Assembly (NCBI GenBank): GCA_026025795.1
Contig: JAPEUG010000008.1
Coordinates: forward strand, 62,001-113,478
Length of the DNA stretch: 51,478 nt
Source of the DNA: Thelocarpon superellum
Lineage: Eukaryota
Direction of reading: 5' to 3'
Under the pieces are notes generated by a model. The model worked only from the letters and a program-made list of their open reading frames with translations, had not been told where the DNA came from and searched no databases. Positions 36,191-47,098 of the stretch are shown one piece after another (position 1 is the first letter of the stretch; every line of letters starts with the position of its first letter). Both the position numbers and the translations under genes were made by a program.

Positions 36191-39100
36191 CTAGTCACCA
36201 CTGTACTGGTAACTAGGCACGGTCGGTAGTTCGCCCTTCCAGACGTCTTCACCGGGGATCAAATCCGGGATGACGTATCGGCAGGTAAGGGCGAACCGAA
36301 GCATGTCACTGGACGCCACCGAGTGCTGAATCACCAAGAGTCAGCTCGGGTCCAATGCAGACGTAGATCATGAATGATGAAAGTGAAGAAAGGAAATGAC
36401 ACACCTCATAGTGCTTCTGTATGCCCCGACCGTGCATCACCACCATATCCCCGTGCATCAGTTGCATCTTGAGTGCAACGGGTGCAGTGGCCGATCGCTT
36501 GACTTTGGCGCGAAAGTCCTGGAACTTCCGGCCAAAGTCAAGGTCGCTAAGCTGCAGCTTTGCACGCTGCAACTCCACCCGTTCCTCGATGCCGCGGCAG
36601 CCGGGGATGATGGTGGGATCGTAGACCCCCGCCGATGTCACGCCATGGTACGGCGTCCCCTTCATTCGAAGGGTCATGACGGCGGCGCCGCCGAGGGAGA
36701 GGGTCCCAATAGTGGGACCCAGCGTTGTCTCGCCGTCGTCGTGGTACTGTGAGACACGGTGGATTAGCCGCGAAAATGACATGTGAGAGACGTTAGCGCC
36801 GTCACGACGTTCGGTCGTCTGGTCGCTCCACCTCGGAAGATGAGGCCGGTAAGATCTCACGAGAGAAAGGGGAGAGGGGCTTACCCCGATCGCCTGCGAC
36901 TCCACGTACCCCAGGGCGAGGAGTTCGTTAAAGGGGACGAACCCCTCACCCTCAACGCTTGACGCGCCGGCCCAGCTGAGCCGCTGAACGGCCTCGAGAA
37001 GCGGGACCGGCGCGTCGACGAACGGCCGGGATGCCACGGCCACATTATAATCGTATGGCATCCCCTGCCCGCAGGGGATTAGCACATACGTGAGATATAG
37101 GTGTATATAAAGGTGGTAAAGATGATGCCGGAGGATGAGGTTGTGGCGGTGGTGGATGAGAAAGGTTTGCGGGTGGGGAGAAAAGAAGAGAAGAAGAAGA
37201 AGTGAAAGTGGGCGACTCACGAAATTTATGCCAAACTGCGCTGTGTAGAAGGTACCGGAAACTGTGCACAATTTATCTATCAGCAGGGCCCCAGTCGCGT
37301 GACAAACAATAATGCAAGTGAACGGCATGGTGAACGACAGGGCCGGGGGTGAATGACAGGGGTCGGGTGTGAACGACGATGGCAAAGATGAACACAGGGG
37401 CGAGGGAGAATAACAACAGCAGGGACAAAAATCAACAGGGGCATTGAAGCACGACGATGACAGTAATAATCAGCCGAGGCGGGGAAGAATGACAACGACG
37501 GAAGTACTTGGCTGGGGCAGGGAAGAAAGATGACACCAGAGATAAAGGACAGGGGCGAGGAAGAACGACGATGACGGAGATAAGCGGCTGGGCCGGGGGG
37601 GTATAACGATAGCGGCGACAAACAACAGGGGCCGGAAATAACGACGACGCCGGAGATAATCAGCCGGGGCGGGGAAGAACGACGATGCTGAGGTAAGTGA
37701 CCAGGGTAGGGGAAAAAGAGAATGACGAAATGAGCGTCAGGAGCCGAGGAGAATGATGATAGTGGAGACAGACATCAGGGGCTGGGATAAATGACAACGG
37801 TGGACATGAACAGCCAGGGGTGGGATAAACGACCATAGCAGGTGTGAACGATAGTGGCCGGGTGTGAGCGACCATAGTGGACGTGAACGTCAGGGCCCGG
37901 GCGCAAACAACAACAGCAGGGGTAAAGAGCTGGGGCTGGGCGGAACATCACATCATCGCGCTGCGCAGAAGAGTTGCGCGGAGACAGTGATGTGCGCAGA
38001 CATTACAACGTGTGACTTACCGGTGCTATTCTTGAGCGGCGATCGTTGCAACCCGAACTCGATCTCTTGTAGTTCCTTGAACATGGAGTCTGGGCCTCGA
38101 GGTCGCTTGTTGATGGTGTCATTGGCCATGAAGTGCGTGATCGTCCCACACTCTGGAATGGTGTAGGTGATGATGCGGTAGTTGGCAGTGAACCGCGTGG
38201 TCTCTTGGATTGGCGACATGAACTCGTTCCGTGGGATAGCGTGTCCTTGGTACGGTACGAGATTGGGATCGAGAACGGCGCGTGGGCTGAGGGTGACATG
38301 TGGCAGCGGATGGAAGAAGTCACATCCCTCGTTGTGACATCTCCATCCGCTCCAGAGATCACGCGAATTGCATCGGTTGCATAGCGGACAGACCATGCCC
38401 TTGCGCGCAAGGCGAGCAACGGAAGACTTGGGATTGTCCGGGTCAGGCGTGAAGAGCGTGGGCTTCAATGAATAGGGCATGTTGATGGCCGTGTCCCATT
38501 CGATCCGCTCCCGCAAGAAGGCTTCATTGTACGTAAGTTGCGCCGGGGCCGACTCACCACCAGTCGTCCAGAAGGTCTCGCATCGGCTGTTGAGACAGAT
38601 CCAGGTCTCGACGTAGACATGCGGGTGCTCTTCCTTGCAGATGATGCAGCTGGCGCGCGGGGCTTTGCAGCCATAGTCGGAATGGTCGATGCGAGGCACG
38701 AAGCCAACGGGCGCCCACCAGCTGACCGACGACAGGTCCACCTTCTGATAGCGCACCTGGAACGTGGTCTTGTTGTTGAACTTCTCTCCCCAGATGTGTG
38801 TCACATGGAACCATGCCATGACGTTGAAGCGGTGCGGTGGCTGGCTGGGACAGTGCTGGTTACCTTTGCCTGCACGACGAGTAATTAGCTGGTGTCACGG
38901 TACGGCATTGGGTCACCTCCTACCAACAAGGGCCACGATGGGGATGCGTGAGGTCAGATTCCGCTTCAGGGCCGTCACCAGGGCTCCGCTATCGGTCTGG
39001 TCAATGACTTGTTCCATGGCGCCGGTCACCGATCGTTGACGGCCTCCTCCACTGTCCCGGGTCAGCGAAGATGCGTGTCGGTACAGGTGTACGCACACGC

Positions 39101-39771
39101 GCGAGATGATGATCTCGTCATCCATGAAGTCACGGTCGCCTCCGAACTTGTCAAAGAGGATGCCATAGCAGATGCCGCCCGTCATGTAAACCGCGCTCTG
39201 ATATGCACGGTAATAAGGCAAGGTCTCGCAGAGTTCTTGTCGATTCTATCGCCCATGGTTAGCAGGTGATACTGCACGAACCCTGTCACGACTCATCACG
39301 AAGACTCACGTCGGCCCACACTGGAGGCTGTGCCAGGCATAGCTGCCTCGGATCCATGACAGGCTCGATAGGTGCGGGTCGATGGGCGAGTCTCTTCGGC
39401 TTTTGGCCCACTTTGATAGCGGTGCTGGCCGAGGACTTGCGTTTCTTGGCTGACTGGTCCGGCTCTGGGACTGGAGAGCTTTCGGGAACCGTCGGACGCG
39501 GGGCCACGGGATAGTACTCCGTAGGGTCGAGGGTCGAGATGGTGCCAAGGGTGGAAGAATCCGAGTCATCCTCCGAGAGGACTCGCTTCGATAGCCCCGA
39601 CGATGTCAGGGGGCTTGCGTCGGTCATACCGACGTTGCCAGTGATGGGCTCAGAGGCCTCATTGGCATTGCTGCCGGGGGTGAAAAAGGTTCGCTGAGTT
39701 CGGACACGGCTGGAGCGTCGGACCAATTCATTGAGGGGGACGCCGCTATCTTTGGAGAATTCTTCGGCCAT
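36191..39771 (-). CDS. AlkB-family 2OG-Fe(II) dioxygenase with probable SAD/SRA-like and Cys-rich N-terminal domains, 761 aa; exons 39771-39310, 39245-39097, 39051-38924, 38869-38021, 37261-37221, 37064-36885, 36746-36405, 36325-36191
   Basis: Spliced product has PPVWADNRQELCETLPYYRAYQS, IISRVGGG, FNVMAWFHVTHIWGE, Cys clusters (CIIC..WICLNSRC; CPLC..WRC..C), FNELLALGY, YHDDGE (HxD), HGDMVVMHG..QKHYEHSV (distal His) and RFALTCR (2OG-binding Arg). Seven GT-AG introns; exon total 2286 nt. Confidence 0.88.
37339..37955. repeat. Degenerate ~38-nt minisatellite (about 16 copies) inside the 759-nt intron of the AlkB gene
   Basis: Plus-strand unit roughly aggggcnrggrwgaaygacrayrrcggagatraacrnc; G-rich starts near 37396, 37437, 37476, 37514, 37551, 37589, 37626, 37665, 37702, 37738, 37776, 37816, 37853, 37891, 37931. 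Confidence 0.75.
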
Positions 39772-42123
39772 CTTGGATGAGGAGCGGCGGGATCCGTTAA
39801 GTACTAAGGCGTTCTTATTGGTCAGAGGAGGACTTCCGATATCTAGTAGGTAGAGGATTGTCAGTATGGTACGAAGGGAAAGATCTAGAAGATCAAGCGG
39901 CGTGATGGAGGTAAGTGCGCAGAGTGAGTTGCGCGAAAGGTCATGTGCGGAGGACTTGCGCAGGAAGAAATGTGATGAAGCGCTCCTTGGCACGTGAAAT
40001 CGTAAGAATGCACGCAGGGGATAGAAAGACGTCTTCGACCGGCCCCAGTCGCGTCACAAGGAAAGGGCGGAAGGGGCATTGGTGAAAGTGGGGGAGGACG
40101 TGAAAGTGACGTGAACACAGCACACTTTTGTTGATTAGCTGGGGAAGAGGGAAGATGGAGGAAAGGGGGAGAGGAAAGTGCTTAGACAGACAAGACAAGA
40201 CAAGAGGTTTAAATAGACAAGAAGAAGACGTCGGAGAAGTCTCGTGAAGGTGGAGATCGGAGGGATTTGGAGAAACATCGCGGGGCAGCTCGCAGAACGT
40301 GGGAAATATCAAAGAGGAAGCGGTGGGAACGATGGGGTTTAGTGAAGAGGAACGTGGGGAAGGAGAATGGATGTGAGGTAATGAAAGGAGAGGAAGAGAG
40401 GAAGACTTACCTGGGAGGTTGGTGTGGTTGACGAGAGGGAGAGAGAAGAAGACGACTTACCTGGGAGAGTGGAAATTGATGTAAGTGTCGGGAAAAAGAG
40501 ATGAAGGGAGAGAGAACGGAAGGCTTACGTGGGAGGGTCGAAGTTGATGTGGTTGTGGAAGAGAAGAGAGGAAGAGAAGTCGGCTTGTGTGTGAAATTTG
40601 AAGTCGGCGATGGGAATGGTGACAAGAGAGGTGACGGGAATGGTGGAAGGACTTCTCTCAACTTAAACCCTAAAGGATTGTAAGAAGGGAGATTGTGCGG
40701 GGAGGGTAAATTTCGTGTGTCCGTGTGTGCGGCTCCGCTCGTGACGCGTCCTGTCAATAGGACAGGTGAAGGGTGTTCTCGACCGGGCTTTTGCGCAGTA
40801 GCGTAGACCTCACTTGGCACACCCACCTGGTCATGACAATCCGCCCCCCCGTCGTGGATGGCCGTAAGGGCTTGGGTCGAGCGAATGGATGCTTCGCTCT
40901 GGGCCTCCACAAGTCCTGGTGTGAGAAGGCTGCGGGGGAAAGAAAGAAGGTGAGAGGACGACGCAGCTCTTGTAGTGCGAGGAAGAGGGTGGTTGGAAGT
41001 CGTAGAACACGTAAAACACTTAGAAAGTCGAGGCGGGTGGGGATATGGGAGGTGACGCAGAGACTGGAAATGATCAGGCCCGGTGAAGCCCTGATGCACT
41101 TGACGCCTTTTCATTCCTCCCCGTGGGGGACATGTCACGACTCCAGAAGGAGCATTGGCAGACGGGAGAACTGAATCCGCATTGCGAAGTCCGGGCGGGA
41201 CATGCTCGAGGAAGCGTCTAGAGTTATTGACCACCGTCAGGGGCGAGGGCAGCTGAATCACGTCCGGGCGGGAATCACAGAGAAATGGTATCTTCACGCG
41301 TTCGAGTCCATGCGATTGAGGCTGACACCACGCAAAGCGTGCTGTATCTTGAGAAGCATCATTGCCAACCGGACCAGTCGCACCCGTTTTATCCGCGTGT
41401 CTCCACCGTTCACGGTCGCACGCTTCTCCGCCCCTCGAGCACCGGCAACGAGCTGCCGTTGGAGGCCCTCCTGATGGCTCACCTCGTCAATGGCGGCGTG
41501 GGTCCATTCCGAACTCATTCCCTCTCTCATTAGCATCTTTGGCTGCATCACCTCCGTCACCATGACAGCTCTGCGCGGGAGCAGCTGCTCGCCGTGGCGT
41601 CTATTCGGCTCCCGCTGTCGGAGGGGCACACGCGAGGTCGATCAAGGTTCATCCCGAGTTGATCGTCCGCGTCTTCACAATGTCCGCCGAGGATCTGCTC
41701 GGTCGAGAACAGGCATGATTAAGGCAGATGATGGGGACAGGATCAATCAGCATAAGCATCCTTTCAAATGCCTCCGGTCCGACCGTGTTCGGGCGGAAAC
41801 GTGGAGCTTCTCTATCCATCGATCGGCCTCAGGACACAGATGGAAAGCGAACGATCTCACCCGGCGAGATTGAGCGTCACAGTATCGCTTTTCCCAATAT
41901 GGGACGAGGTACGTGCGAGGGTCACAATAGGCATTGTATTGTTGGGCGCTGACCAGCTAAGGCCAAATGAAACCCCCTGTCTGCGATGTGACCCCCTGCA
42001 CAAGGTTTCGGCTGTTTGCCGCGGATATCGCGACGGAACACTGAAGCTCTTCCCTGGCCTCGGCGGATGCGCTGACGCCAGCAAGCTTTCATCTCCAGCT
42101 GAGACAGACCTGACGAGGTCAGG

Positions 42124-42477
42124 ATGGAGAGGATCGCCATGCAAGTCCATGTAAGGTCATCCCTAGATAAGTCATCTGGTGGCTCATCTCGAGTGTAGGG
42201 CAGGCCGGTGCACGTCGCCGAGCTTGAAAGCTACCTGCGTGAGCACGAAGCCGTCGGCGACGTTGCGGTCATTTCCGAATCGGACGGGCAAGGAGGCCAG
42301 CTGGCCAAGGCGCTCGTCATTCAATCGGCTGCCACGGGGCTGGAGGAGAGCGAGTGGATGCTGATACGGCAGATCAAGAGGCACGTCGAGAAGCACCGAC
42401 CCTCGCACGAATGGCTGTGGGGTGGCGTCGAATTCGTTGATGTTTTACCACGCCCCACGACGGGTGCAAAGCTCTAA
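42124..42477 (+). pseudogene. Remnant of an ANL-family (4-coumarate/phenylacetyl-CoA ligase-like) gene: only the AMP-binding C-terminal domain is intact; exons 42124-42150, 42199-42477 (101 aa, ends AKL)
   Basis: QVH|GRPVHVAELESYLREHEAVGDVAVI...IKRHVEKH...WLWGGVEFVDVLPR parallels KGxQVAPAELE...GGVEFVDxIPKS. Intron 42151-42198 (gtaagg..gctcat..tag). Faint broken traces upstream (about 41335-42065). Confidence 0.7.
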
Positions 42478-42637
42478 GAGATGTCTTCAATTCTACATTG
42501 CCGCTCCCACATCTAGGTTCGCCCCCATTCGTAGCTCACTTCTCATCTTTACCTCTCTTTGCGTAGAGCTCGTCCCTGACGCACGCACCCGCACATCAGC
42601 CACGCACGATGGAAGCAATCCCGTCGGCGGAAATCAC

Positions 42638-42880
42638 TTACATCTTGCCCCCGCCGCGGTCTCTAGCCTTTGAGCCCCCCTCGATTCGATCCAACGAGTC
42701 CTCAATGAGCCCGATGTGTCCACGTAGCGTACCCTCGAGCTCGTCCATGCGAGCCTCGGATTCCTCGTAGTTGTGCAGCAGCCCTTGCCGGAGGTACAGC
42801 GTGCTACCTATGATGGCGGCTAAGGTGGTACTGAGCTGTACCATGTGGAAGAGAAGTGCACGGCGGACAGGCTGCGACAT
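42638..42880 (-). CDS. Small hypothetical protein, 80 aa, one hydrophobic segment followed by a coiled-coil-like stretch
   Basis: ATG in cacc context; LSTTLAAIIGSTLYL segment then EESEARMDELEGTLRGHIGLIEDSLDRIE; protein-like composition. Confidence 0.55.
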   Translation of the reverse strand: MSQPVRRALLFHMVQLSTTLAAIIGSTLYLRQGLLHNYEESEARMDELEGTLRGHIGLIEDSLDRIEGGSKARDRGGGKM

Positions 42881-43478
42881 GGTGAATGGTAGGGCACAGA
42901 TTCTGCCGTCGACGTTGGGGGTTTGGAGATTGGCGGAGGACCAGGACGAGTGCGTGCGCCTACCGAGTGGATTACCCTACCACCGGCCGAACTGAGCGAA
43001 GACGCAGATGATGACGTCGCCGATGGCTTTCTGGCAGCGATAGGGAGAAGCTACTACGCATGCCATCCAGGCCGATGAATACCATTTTCAGAGACTGGGG
43101 TCATATTGCAGAAATCGCCAGGACTCGACTTAAGGTCACGCTACGTGGGGTTCTTCAGGTTTGGGTGGGGGAGAAGTGGATTAGTGAAAGTGGAGTAGAA
43201 GATGTCTATGACGGGATACGGTCACTCGACCAATCGACCAAGGGAGCGCTTGACAAGGGGCCAAAGGTGAATTGTCTGTATGACAGTGACCGTCATCACC
43301 GCGAAGGAGCGACGTGATGTAGGGTCCACACGTACAAGTGGCTGCGCACAGGTGAAGGATGACTGAGCGGTGACAGGGCGAAAAGGTGACACATCGAGGA
43401 CCATGCACAGAGGCTGGGAAAGAAGACGAGGGTGGCCACGGGCGCTTGGGTTGGATGAACAGAGTGATCTCACGTCGA

Positions 43479-45576
43479 CTACAAGGGGGGCAGTTCGCGT
43501 CCCTTGCTGGTGCCGTTGACAGGATGTGTGTAGGCGTGGGCATGCGCATGGGAGGGCCCGTGGGCCGCTTTGTTGGCCACGTTGAGCCCGCGCACCGGCG
43601 CTTGCGGCGCGTTGGTGAGCACGGCCTCATCCTCGAATTCATCCTCCAAGAACTCGTCGCTCTGCGTGCCTTGGCTTTGCACCTGTGTCACGTCCTGCGT
43701 CCCGGCGGCCGGTGCGCCCGGGGCTGTGGCCGTGGCCGACGCCGTGGCCGCCGCGGCGTTCTTGCCGCCCTTGCCCTTCTTACCGCGGCGGCCTTTGAGC
43801 TTGGCCTTCTCCAGAAGCCGTCGCTTCTCCGCCGCGCGTCGGCGCTCGCGGAGATCCTTGACCTCGTATTGTCGCATCAGGGCCTCGGGCGGTCCGCCGA
43901 AGATGCTCTCATACTCGCAGAACTCGCAGATCCAGATGTCATCGCGGCTGGGTGGGTGGTGATAATTCTTGTATTCTTGCTGGAGCCGGCGTTGACGTGC
44001 TGCCAAGGCCAACTCTTTGCCGGTGCGCCGGTGCGCCTTCTTGGGCGGGAGCGGGGCCGGGGCCTGCTCGGTCCCATACTGGCCCGGCGGTGGTCGAGGC
44101 GCGGCATGTCGCACCGTGCCGGGCCCTGACGCCGAAGGCGTGGCGCCGGGCATGTCGGGGCTCGTCTGGGTGCCTTGGGTGGCCATGTCGCGGGAGAAAT
44201 GGCCGTGGCTGGGCGTGCCGGCCGACATGGTGACGGAACTGGCGGCGAGCGTGGCGCTGTTGGTGCTGCCACCGCCGTCACCGGGCCAGGCGACGTTGGC
44301 GGCGGAGGTAAAGGTAAATTGCGTGTTGGTGGGGGTGGAATGCTTGCTCCCAGCTTGTTGCAGCAAGCTGATGTTCTCTTGTCCTTTGGGCGGCGTGCGC
44401 GGGTCACGCTCGACCGCGTTTGCGATGGCGGTGGAGATAATGCCTTGGTCGGGCGTTTGTGCGGCACCATTCACTGGCATGGCGTCAGCACCGCAATCGT
44501 CGTACGCTACAACACGCTGCCTACCAGTGGTCACCGCCCAGTCCCGCGGTCGCTGCCGTGCGCCACGGCCGCTCGCCCACGCATTCGAGCCATCGGACGA
44601 GACGCCCAACGGACTGCGCACGACTCCCGTCCGGGCACTGGGCCGGGCGAAGCGACCGCGACCGGCTCCCGAGAGCCCCAAGGCAGACGTGCTGGTGGAC
44701 GTGGACGTCGACGGGGTTGGTACGGCGTTGCCGGTGCCATAGTATTTGCCCACCCCCGCGCTTGTGTCGTCGGGTGATGGCGGTCCGGTGTCATTGGACG
44801 AGGAAATGCCCATGTTGGCCAGCTCCGCCGACAGGTGTGCGTGGTGAATGCTGGCGCTCCCCGGCGTCGGGATCTTCCGCTTCTTCTTGTTGTTGGCGTT
44901 TTCAAACGAGTCATACCCGTCGGCCGAGGAGGTGGTGGAGTTGGGTGGCGGCGGTTTGTCGTATACAGTGTGGAGCCGCGGCGGTCGTGCATGCTCTCCG
45001 CCCGGGGCCGCATGCCGGCTCTCTCGCATCGGGTGGCCGGTGGGCCCCTGGGATGTCCGATTTGTGCGGGCCGCGACTTCCTCCTCTTCGCTATCGACCT
45101 CATCCACGGGGCCGTCGGTCGCACGGCCGTGCTCGCGTGGTGATCGATATGCCCCGGGGCTCGCCTGTCCGTCGGGCGTGTCGCTACTCCGCGACCCCTG
45201 GCCGTACGGTTGCGGGAAGAAGAAGAGTGGGGTAGAGGTCGAGGGCGTCGGCGGATAGAGGATGGTGTCGGCCACGTCGGGTGACAGACGGGAGCGAATG
45301 CGGCGCTTGGGTAGCGGGCGGATCTGTCGATCGGGATAGAGGGGGGACATCATGTCGGGCGAGTCATTGGGGGAGGATGGGTACGTGGTCCCTGGCGAGG
45401 TCACCACAAGACGGGTCAGCCGTGCACGAAGCCAGGAGAACATGGTGGGCGCTGCGCCGCCGCCGCCGGCTGGAGAGGGCATCAGGCGGCAGCAAGCGGC
45501 GTGGAGACACCTCCGCAGGGAGGGGGCCCAGGGAGAGGAGGGGCACACATTTCGTACCCATCACGGCGGCGGGCAT
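43479..45576 (-). CDS. Conserved-type fungal hypothetical nuclear protein, about 626 aa; exons 45576-45558, 45391-44525, 44473-43479
   Basis: Motifs SPLYPDRQIRPLPKRRIRSRLS, FENANNKKKRKIP (NLS-like), IWICEFCEYESIFG.PP.AL.RQYE.KD; introns 45557-45392 and 44524-44474. First exon tentative. Confidence 0.8.
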
Positions 45577-47051
45577 GAGGGACCACCCAGGAGCCTTCCG
45601 TGCACCACGGCAAGGGTGAATAGCGATGCTCCCTTCCAACCGCACCGGTGTGGTCAGGGCCGGGGCGTGGCAAGGACGACGGACGCCGGGCTAGAGCTTC
45701 CATCCACGTCAGCGTCGCTGCCCCTTCACATGTACCATCAAGAATCCCACGCACCACGCCACCTGGTCGTCGTGGGCGCATGTACCGGCCGAGAGAATCC
45801 GCCTGGGTCTTCCGAGGGTGGGATGGACGGACGGGGGAGCGAGCATTAATGGGGGTGGTTTGCCTCACCTGGAGTCCGCCAGAGGATTTCGTGGCCGGAT
45901 GACGACGGCAGTCCCTGCACCCACGTTGGCCGAGACTGCGCGGACGAGATGCACGGGGTCACAGTCACAGTCACTTTCGAGACCTGGCGGCGCGCACGGC
46001 GGTGGGGACATGGGACGAGCACAGGCAACGGACAGCAGCGATCAGCGGTCACGACGAGCCTGGCACGGGCCGGAGAGGGCGGAGGGCAGATTATGCTAGA
46101 GAGTTGAAGGGTTTCGTCCTACTACTTGTATGCAGCATGGAGCATGTAGCACACAGCACACGAATACGCCGACGCCAGCGACTACTCGGCGTCGGTACCT
46201 CGGACAGGCGATGCGTGCATTCTCGCTCAAGAGCCCGTCACTCTCTCCTGCACTGGGGGCACTAGTACGGAGTGGTCGTAGCAGTATCGTAAGCCGAAGG
46301 GGACTTTCGTGGGTCGCGGATGGACCCAATCAACTCTTCCACGCCCGCCGCTAGCTGGATTAGGCCCTCTGATGAAATGAAGTGGTCCACCCACCGGTGT
46401 CATACTGGGACCTCTGGCACCACTGGCACCACTGGCATCGTCGCCGCACCTGAACGAGCCGACTAGGAGGGAGCTAGTGAAGTCTTTGGGCGCCGAAGCG
46501 TCGACGTCGCGGCCGTGGTAGCTCTTCAACGGTACGAGGACACGACGTGGGTGGCAGCTGCTTCATCATAAGGCACGCTCGCTGCCCACGAGCTGCCCCA
46601 GCGGTGCTACACGGGCAAGAAACCTCGCCGGCCATGGCCGGCTCGTGGGCCCTCGGTGTCCTCCCGTCGGTCGAGAGGAGGCGGATGGGGAATTGTCTCA
46701 GTCGCCAATCTACTCGGAATGGAACGGCTGGCCCGAGACACGACAGGCACCGGAGACACATGCACCTTGCCCGTCCATGCGTCAGGAGAAGATATCACGT
46801 GCCGCATCTCCGCTGCCTCGTCCGGCCAGAGCTCAGCTCGAAAAAGCTCGAGTATAACTCACGGATGATCCGCTCCCCTGTGCTGTCACTGCCAGATCCA
46901 GGCCCAGGGCGAGGCAGCCGCTGTGGAGCCCCGGTGAGCCAGATCACGTGCCGGGGCCGGCGCGGCGAGTCACGAGGACGCTCGCCCGACGTTCCACGGC
47001 TAGGTCACGTGGAGGCCGATCAACGACCGGATTAGTCATCTGGTCTCCTCG

Positions 47052-47098
47052 CTCCACCGCTCCACCACTCCACCACTCCACCACTCCACCGCTCCACG
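47052..47098. repeat. 8-nt tandem repeat (ctccaccr) about 6 copies in the divergent promoter region upstream of CTI6
   Basis: Seen directly. Confidence 0.8.

Noticed and set aside
37339..37955. Regular ~38-nt periodicity suggestive of a CRISPR array
   Set aside because: Units are degenerate along their whole length, with no constant repeat plus unique spacer, no cas genes, and a eukaryotic intron context.
40405..40467. ACTTACCTGG twice on the plus strand, resembling the 5' end of U1 snRNA
   Set aside because: No U1 stem-loops or Sm site follow; it is better explained as the complement of consensus donors on the minus strand.
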